A stretch of 62,545 nucleotides of DNA, the filler included, from Actinomycetota bacterium (lineage in GTDB: Bacteria; Actinomycetota; CADDZG01; JAHWKV01; JAOPZY01): assembly GCA_025963875.1 (NCBI GenBank). It is 7 parts of 7 records of this genome, joined end to end, with 100 filler letters (N's around TTAATTAATTAA, not from the genome) between each part and the next. Parts side by side here need not be neighbours in the genome. Positions count along the whole stretch, not along the records: positions 53,026 to 57,681 come from JAOPZY010000264.1; positions 57,782 to 62,545 come from JAOPZY010000249.1; 5 more parts are not named here. One strand, given 5' to 3'. The notes under the pieces were generated by a model. It saw only the letters and a list, made by a program, of their open reading frames with translations, was not told where the DNA came from and made no database searches. Position numbers and translations under genes: made by a program. Positions 57,034-62,545 of the stretch are shown here, one piece after another. Each line of letters starts with the position of its first letter. The stretch's first letter is position 1.

Positions 57034-57681
57034 TCAGGAGCGAGCTTCGCCGAGCATGCCGATCAACTCGCGTCGCACGCCGTCCGCCGTGAGCTGCTCG
57101 GTGCGGAAACCGATGCGCATGGCCTCACGGCGGTCTGCCCCAAGCTCGGCGACGACCTCGTAGCCGTAGCGGTCGACAGCGGTCATTGAAGCCGAGACGA
57201 CATCTGCCCGCCCGGCGTAGTGACGGCAGAGCGTGACCAGGGCGTCGGCGTGATCTGCATTCATGTGGCTGATAATGCCAGCCGCCTCCGGCATCAGGGG
57301 GTCCGGTTGCGCGGCCGCATAGGCGTCGACGTCGAGCCAGCTCATCCGGCCGAACCCGCCCACGTAACGGATATCGGTGACCACGAGGCGCAGGCAACGG
57401 AAATCGCCGTAGTCCACGTAGAAGGCTGCCGGGTTGGCCCCAAGGTAGCCCGACCGCGCAGCCGCACGTTCTTCCGGGTCGGTAACCTCTTCGACCCTCC
57501 CCAGCAGGGTGACCCGGCCCGATGCCAGGGGATCCGCCCCGGCAGGCGTATCCTCGACCACCAGCAGGCTGGCACGGGGGTCGGCGTCGAGGTTGCGGGT
57601 GTGCTCGGCCATCGTGCTCACGAAGAACCAGGGCTGCCCGACCGGGTCCAGCCCGTACGTGACCACAGAACCGAACGGGGT
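57034..57681 (-). CDS. HugZ-like split-barrel protein with DUF2470-like C-terminus (5'-truncated)
   Basis: PFGSVV, STMAEHTRNL.ADPRASL, RVTLLG, RYVGGFGRMSW, IISHMNADH, VDRYG. Confidence 0.85.
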   Translation of the reverse strand, partial: TPFGSVVTYGLDPVGQPWFFVSTMAEHTRNLDADPRASLLVVEDTPAGADPLASGRVTLLGRVEEVTDPEERAAARSGYLGANPAAFYVDYGDFRCLRLVVTDIRYVGGFGRMSWLDVDAYAAAQPDPLMPEAAGIISHMNADHADALVTLCRHYAGRADVVSASMTAVDRYGYEVVAELGADRREAMRIGFRTEQLTADGVRRELIGMLGEARS

Positions 57682-57781
57682 NNNNNNNNNNNNNNNNNNN
57701 NNNNNNNNNNNNNNNNNNNNNNNNNTTAATTAATTAANNNNNNNNNNNNNNNNNNNNNNNNNNNNNNNNNNNNNNNNNNNN

Positions 57782-58406
57782 AGAGGCGCTCGGCCTCGTC
57801 GAGGCGGTGGGTGGTGAGGAAGATGGCGGTCCCGCCCTCACGCAGGGAGGCGATGAGCTCGCGCACCTTGAGGGATGCCTCCGGGTCCAGCCCCGAGGTG
57901 GGCTCGTCGAGGAACAGCACCGCAGGCCGGGGGAGGAGGGTCCGGGCGAGGGCTGCCCGCTGGCGAAGTCCCTTGGAGAGCGTCCCCGCAAGGGACTCGG
58001 CCCGGTCCTCCAGCCCGACCGCGCTCAGGCACTCGGCGATCCGCCCGGCGACGTCGCCACGGGCGATTCCGTAGAGGCGTGCGAAGAACTCGAGGTTCTC
58101 CTGGACGGAGAGCTTCAGGTAGAGGCCCGGGTTCTCTGGCATCACGCTGATGCGCTGCCGCAGCTCCGATGCCTGCTGCGGCGACAGGGAGGGGCCGACG
58201 GGCAGGCCCGCCACCTCCGCCCGCCCTGCGCTGGGAGCGAGGAGGGTGGCGAGCACCCGCACGGTCGTCGTCTTGCCGGCGCCGTTGGGACCGAGGAAGC
58301 CGAAGATCTCACCGGCCTCGACTTCGAAAGACAGGTCCTCGAAGGCGACGCGGGCGCCAAAGCGCTTCGTGAGCCCCTCGGCAACGATGACCGGATGGTT
58401 GGCCAT
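57782..58406 (-). CDS. ABC transporter ATP-binding protein (3'-truncated)
   Basis: GPNGAGKT, LSKGLRQR, FLDEPTSGLD, TTH. Confidence 0.93.
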
Positions 58407-58417
58407 TGCAATCGATG

Positions 58418-60034
58418 CTAGCCGGTGGGCCCTCCCCGCATGGAACCGCGTGCCAGCTCCCTCACCTCCAGCACCTCGGGCACCCGCATCCGCAGGACGA
58501 GCCCGATGTAGACCGGCACCCCGATCGCGAGGCCTGCGACGATGCCCGCCACGGACCCGATCAGCCCGATCCCCAGCGCATCCGTGATCGCGTGCGAAGC
58601 GGCGTACGCGAAGACGGCTGCGACCAGGCCCGCCAGGCTCAGCCGCACGAGCGTCCGTCCCACCTGCGCCTGGGGCTGGCGGCCGAGACGCCGGCGCAGC
58701 AGGACGGTGAACCACGCGTAGCCCACGAAGTAGGAGATGGAGTACCCGATGGCCAGGGCCACCGCGCGCTCGGCAGCCGGCAGGACGAGGATCATGACGA
58801 GGTCGGCGGCGATGTTGATCCCGGCCAGCACCAGGTTCACCAAGGCCGGCGTCCGTGTGTCCTGCATGGCGTAGAAGGCCCGGAGCTGCAGCTGGAACGC
58901 CGAGAAGGGGACGAGGCTGACGGCATAGGCGGCGAGCGTCGCCCCGATGAGCCGGCCATCGGACTGGGAGAAGGCGTGGTGCCCGAACAGGACCCCGCCG
59001 ATGAGCGGTCCGAGGACGATGCCCGCCAGCGCCGAAGGCACGAGCACGACGGATGCCAGCTTCAGTCCCCGGGCCAGGTCGTCCCCCACGGCGTCCAGGC
59101 GTCCCAGTCCGGCGTTGCGGCTCATCTGGGGAAGCAGCGCGGTGATGACCGACACCGCCACGACGGAGTGGGGCAGCAGCACGAGCGTGAAGGCGTAGAC
59201 GTACACCGTGAAGGACCCGTTCTTCGGGGCGGTCGCCAGCCTCGTGATGACCAGGAACGCCGCCTGGTTGGCGAGGACGTAGATGAACACCCATCCCGCC
59301 AGGCGCCCTGCGGCCGACAGCCCCGCCGACCGGAGGTCGAAGCGCGGCCGGAGCCGGAAGCCCGTGGCCCGCAATGCAGGCAGCAGGGCGAGGGTCTGGA
59401 CCACGATGCCCAGGGTGGTGCCCGCGGCGAGGAGGATCTCCTGGGAGGAGGTCAGGCGCCCCTGCTTGACGGCGTCGGTCTGGGTGATGGCGATGAACAG
59501 GATCCCGGTCAGGATCAGGACGACGTTGTTCAGCACGGGGGTCCACATCGGCGGGGCGAAGCTGCCCCGGACGTTCAGGATGGCTCCCACCAGCGCACCG
59601 ACCCCGTAGAAGAAGATCTGCGGCAGGAAGAAGACGGCGAAGAGCGTGGCCATCGGTGCCACGGTGGGGTTCACCAGGTAGAGGCGGATGATCGTCGGAG
59701 CCAGTGCCACCGCCAGCAGGGTGATCACCCCCAGCCCGACGACCACGACGGTCAGCAGGCGCTGCGCGTAGGCCTCCCCGTCATCGGTGTCGCGCTGGGC
59801 GGCGGCGACGAGCAGCGGCACGACCACGCTCGTCAGGACGCCGCCAAGCAGGAGCTCGTAGATGATGTTGGGGATCGTGTTGGCGGCGTTGTAGGCGTCC
59901 CCGACGAGCCCGCCGATCGCCACCCCGATGATCAGGGTGCGCAGGAACCCCGTGGCCCGGGATGCCAGCGTCCCGAGGGCCATGCTCCGGCTTGAGCGGA
60001 GCGGCTCCGCCGGCGCCCTAGATTTCCCACCCAT
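58418..60034 (-). CDS. murJ: Lipid II flippase MurJ (start may be 59983)
   Basis: GTLASRATGFLR, AYNAANTIPNIIYELLLGG, FLPQIFFYG, PVLNN, RAFYAMQDTRTP. Confidence 0.93.
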   Translation of the reverse strand: MGGKSRAPAEPLRSSRSMALGTLASRATGFLRTLIIGVAIGGLVGDAYNAANTIPNIIYELLLGGVLTSVVVPLLVAAAQRDTDDGEAYAQRLLTVVVVGLGVITLLAVALAPTIIRLYLVNPTVAPMATLFAVFFLPQIFFYGVGALVGAILNVRGSFAPPMWTPVLNNVVLILTGILFIAITQTDAVKQGRLTSSQEILLAAGTTLGIVVQTLALLPALRATGFRLRPRFDLRSAGLSAAGRLAGWVFIYVLANQAAFLVITRLATAPKNGSFTVYVYAFTLVLLPHSVVAVSVITALLPQMSRNAGLGRLDAVGDDLARGLKLASVVLVPSALAGIVLGPLIGGVLFGHHAFSQSDGRLIGATLAAYAVSLVPFSAFQLQLRAFYAMQDTRTPALVNLVLAGINIAADLVMILVLPAAERAVALAIGYSISYFVGYAWFTVLLRRRLGRQPQAQVGRTLVRLSLAGLVAAVFAYAASHAITDALGIGLIGSVAGIVAGLAIGVPVYIGLVLRMRVPEVLEVRELARGSMRGGPTG

Positions 60035-60086
60035 TGCCCGAAGGCTACCGGGAAGGCGCTCTATGGCCCCGGATCGATCCCAGACG

Positions 60087-60857
60087 CTAGCTCTGGGCGG
60101 GGGCCGGCAGGTTCCGCAGGTCGACGACGCTGCCGTTCTCGAGGCCCGCGTCCAGCAGCCGCCACAGGTCCCGCGCGACGGCGTCCGGGTCGGCCAGCTT
60201 GGCCGCGGCGTGGAGGTCGACAAATTTCTGCCGGCTCGGGAAGTCCTCCGGTGCCGTCGCCCGGAGCTGGGCCTGCATGCCCGTGTCGACGGTGCCCGGC
60301 GCGACCGCAAGCACCTGCACCCCGCCGCGGATCGACTGCTCCGCCCCCACGTTGCGGACCCACTGGTCGACCGCCGCCTTCGCTGCCCCGTACGACGACC
60401 AGCCCGGGTACACGCTGCTGGCGGCGCCCGAGGTGAGCATGACGAGGTGGCGGGTGGCCGCAACCGCCCGGGCGGCGGCCAGGAAGAGATGTCCGAGGAC
60501 CTGGCCGGCGGCACTGTTGAGCACGACGTTCGCGGCGTAGGCACCGGTGTCCACCTCGCTGGCGAAGCCGATGGGGTCCAGGGTCCCGGCGGCGTGGATG
60601 AACACCGCCCGCTCGCCGTCGAAGCCGGCAAGCTCCCGCGAGAACGACGACCCCACGACTCCCCATTGGGAAGGCTCCGCCAGGTCGGCCAAGAGGTGCT
60701 CCGCCCCAGCGGTCCTACCTGATCCGGCGCCTTGAGGGGCGCCTGGGGGGCGGCGGCTGATCCCGATGACCCGTGTATTCGCCCAGGGAACCGTGCGGAT
60801 GAGCGCCTGCCCGATGCCACCCGATGCCCCCGAGATCCACACCACAGCGTCACCCAC
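60087..60857 (-). CDS. Short-chain dehydrogenase/reductase (benzil/sepiapterin reductase-like)
   Basis: SGASGGIG, TSGAA, YGAAK, PGTVDTGMQ. Confidence 0.9.
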   Translation of the reverse strand: MGDAVVWISGASGGIGQALIRTVPWANTRVIGISRRPPGAPQGAGSGRTAGAEHLLADLAEPSQWGVVGSSFSRELAGFDGERAVFIHAAGTLDPIGFASEVDTGAYAANVVLNSAAGQVLGHLFLAAARAVAATRHLVMLTSGAASSVYPGWSSYGAAKAAVDQWVRNVGAEQSIRGGVQVLAVAPGTVDTGMQAQLRATAPEDFPSRQKFVDLHAAAKLADPDAVARDLWRLLDAGLENGSVVDLRNLPAPAQS

Positions 60858-62067
60858 GTTGGTCCTCGCTTTCCCGTTCGCGTTGGGTCTCGATCATGGA
60901 TACCCGGCTGGTCAACAGCAACGACACCAGGGATGCGACCAGCACGGGTGGGAGCAGGCGGAGGCCCGCCATCTGGGCCACGATGAGGCAGGACCCCAGC
61001 GGTGTCTTGGTCACGCCGACGTTCGCGGCGGCCATCAGGGCAAGCATGAGGATCACCCGATCCCCGCCGAGTGCGGATCCGCCCGCAGAGCCGAGGGCAA
61101 CGCCGATGAAGAACAGCGGGATGATGAAGCCGCCCCGCCATCCGGCGGAGACGATGGTGGAGGAGGCGGCCAGCTTCGCAACCGCGGCAACGAGGAGCAC
61201 GGAGACGGCCAGCCGGCCGCTCACCACCGTCTGGATCTGACCCTCGCCGTAGGTCAGGGCGAAAGGGCTCACCCACGCCAGGCCTCCCAGGATGAGGCCT
61301 CCCACCACCGGCCTGGCAGGGACCGGCAGGCGGCGGAAGCCCAGGCGGAGCACATGGGTGAGGTAGGTGAACGCCGCCGCCACCAGCGCTCCGCCAACAC
61401 CCGCCAGGAATCCCACAGCGAGGTCGGAGGGCCGGATCGCCTGCACCTGCGGGAAGCGCCGGATCGGCGTGATGCCGAGGTGCGCCGTGACCATGGAGAT
61501 CGCGTAGCCCGCGAGCGACCCCACGGCGGCCGGCATGAGGGCCTCGTAGTACTGCAGTCCACGCCGGTGCAGGATCTCCAGGGCGAAGATCGCGGAGCCG
61601 ATCGGGGCCCCGAACAGCACCGTGAAGCCCGCTGCCATGCCGGTGATGGTTAGGGTACGGGCCTCGACCGCCGTCAGGTTGGTGCGGTCGGCTGCCCAGG
61701 CGCCGATTTCTCCCGTGGTCTGGACCAGCGGCGCCTCCGGCCCGATGGCGCTGCCCGCGCCGATGCCGAGCAGCGACACCGGGATGAGCGACCGCAGGTC
61801 GCGCAGGTCCGAGCGTCCCCCCACGTGGATGTTGTTGACGAGCAGCTCGACGTCCCCGGGATTGCCGAGCACCTTCGTCAGGGCAGCGATGCCGCAGCCG
61901 GCTGCCACCAGCACGAGGAGATGGGCAGGGCGGGACCAGGCATCCGGCCCGAGCAGCGAGCTGACCGCCTTGAGGGTCACGACGTAGGCGGCACCGGTCA
62001 GGCCCCCGGCGACGCCGACGGCGCCGACGAGCAGCCAGAACCGGCGCGTCGTGCGCGCCTGCAGCAT
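60850..62067 (-). CDS. ClC-family anion channel/transporter (YfeO-like motifs)
   Basis: GPEAP, GMAAGFTVLFGAPIG, GWRGGFIIP, TKTPL. Multi-TM. GTG of the SDR overlaps its end. Confidence 0.85.
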   Translation of the reverse strand: MLQARTTRRFWLLVGAVGVAGGLTGAAYVVTLKAVSSLLGPDAWSRPAHLLVLVAAGCGIAALTKVLGNPGDVELLVNNIHVGGRSDLRDLRSLIPVSLLGIGAGSAIGPEAPLVQTTGEIGAWAADRTNLTAVEARTLTITGMAAGFTVLFGAPIGSAIFALEILHRRGLQYYEALMPAAVGSLAGYAISMVTAHLGITPIRRFPQVQAIRPSDLAVGFLAGVGGALVAAAFTYLTHVLRLGFRRLPVPARPVVGGLILGGLAWVSPFALTYGEGQIQTVVSGRLAVSVLLVAAVAKLAASSTIVSAGWRGGFIIPLFFIGVALGSAGGSALGGDRVILMLALMAAANVGVTKTPLGSCLIVAQMAGLRLLPPVLVASLVSLLLTSRVSMIETQRERESEDQRG

Positions 62068-62077
62068 CCCCGAGAAC

Positions 62078-62105
62078 ATATCCCGACATGATATATTATC
62101 GTCGG
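62078..62105. promoter_or_regulatory. Candidate MarR operator between the divergent ClC and MarR genes
   Basis: ATATC-N7-GATAT (62078-62094) overlapping CCGAC..GATA-TAT-TATC-GTCGG. Confidence 0.5.
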
Positions 62106-62108
62106 TAC

Positions 62109-62531
62109 ATGGCACCCAAGGCGAAGTTGACGACCACCGACTACCGGCATCTGCTCCAGGTCAGGACCGGCCTGCGCCGTTTCCTGCACTGGAGCGAGGA
62201 GCAGGCGCATTCCGCAGGCCTCACACCGGCCCAGCACCAGCTGCTGCTGGCGGTGCGGGGGCACCCTGGGCCCGGCGCCCCCACGGTGGGCGAGCTTGCG
62301 GACCACCTGCTCATCCAGCACCATGGAGCGGTGCAGCTTGTGGACCGGGCCGCAGCGGCGGGCCTCGTGACCCGACGGGGAGACGAGGCCGACCACCGCC
62401 TGGTGCACGTCGTTCTCACCGACGAGGGCCGCCGCCTGCTGGAGTCGCTCTCGGCACGGCACCTCGACGAGCTCCGCCGGGTGGGCCTGTCCTTCGGGGA
62501 GATCTCCGCCGGCATCGACGCAGGCACATAG
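62109..62531 (+). CDS. MarR family regulator
   Basis: GLTPAQHQLLL, TVGELADHL, LVDRA..GLVTR..DEADHRLVHVVLTDEG. Confidence 0.92.
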   Translation: MAPKAKLTTTDYRHLLQVRTGLRRFLHWSEEQAHSAGLTPAQHQLLLAVRGHPGPGAPTVGELADHLLIQHHGAVQLVDRAAAAGLVTRRGDEADHRLVHVVLTDEGRRLLESLSARHLDELRRVGLSFGEISAGIDAGT

Positions 62532-62545
62532 TTTCCGTCAAAAAG
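62528..62545. repeat. REP-like element copy 3 (left arm only, cut by window end)
   Basis: ATAGTTTCCGTCAAAAAG. Its TAG is the MarR stop codon. Confidence 0.8.

Noticed and set aside
60850..62067. Fluoride exporter CLC-F with fluoride riboswitch
   Set aside because: It lacks the GNNLI, GREGT and GEVTP signatures, and the ~40-bp upstream gap shows no riboswitch.
58418..62089. 1223-aa ORF as a giant MurJ fusion
   Set aside because: The upstream ~685 aa are off-frame read-through over the ClC and SDR genes. Real MurJ begins at ~60034.

Overview
This GC-rich window comes from a draft or metagenome-type assembly, most likely of an Actinomycetota (inferred from gene families and regulatory motifs). 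It is not one locus: six artificial 100-nt linkers (N44-TTAATTAATTAA-N44) join seven contigs (1-5862, 5963-22779, 22880-28056, 28157-33543, 33644-52925, 53026-57681, 57782-62545), so only within-contig neighbourhoods are interpretable. Contig 1 has two alpha/beta-hydrolases and an Lrp/AsnC gene divergent from an aromatic catabolic operon. In that operon an uncharacterised heme-oxygenase-like diiron (HDO) protein precedes hppD and hmgA; this is the best candidate for a new biochemical system. Contig 2 is a decaying accessory region: LuxR/LAL regulators, TetR, a CHASE-PAS-GAF kinase with an orphan sugar-binding lipoprotein, an acyl-CoA ligase, an FMN hydroxy-acid oxidase, two broken AbiE-type TA remnants and a transposase scrap. 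Contig 3 has an ECF sigma factor, a membrane-fused AcpA-type phosphoesterase and a LAL regulator. Contig 4 has AraC/VOC, nrdR-dut under tandem NrdR boxes, tRNA-Gly(GCC), a Nudix hydrolase and a secreted Ig-repeat protein. Contig 5 has ilvD, a TPR-TM / AAA-ATPase / TPR-TM module, and a complete ilvBNC-leuACDB-cimA operon with two leader-peptide control elements. Contig 6 has hugZ-like, degenerate HD-GYP membrane protein, GH13 and clade II chlorite dismutase genes. Contig 7 has an ABC ATPase, murJ, an SDR, a ClC-family protein and MarR. A 49-bp GTAG-bounded palindromic element occurs three times at gene 3' ends, alongside several other extragenic palindromes. No CRISPR array or rRNA was seen. 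All family calls rest on motif recognition, not database searches.
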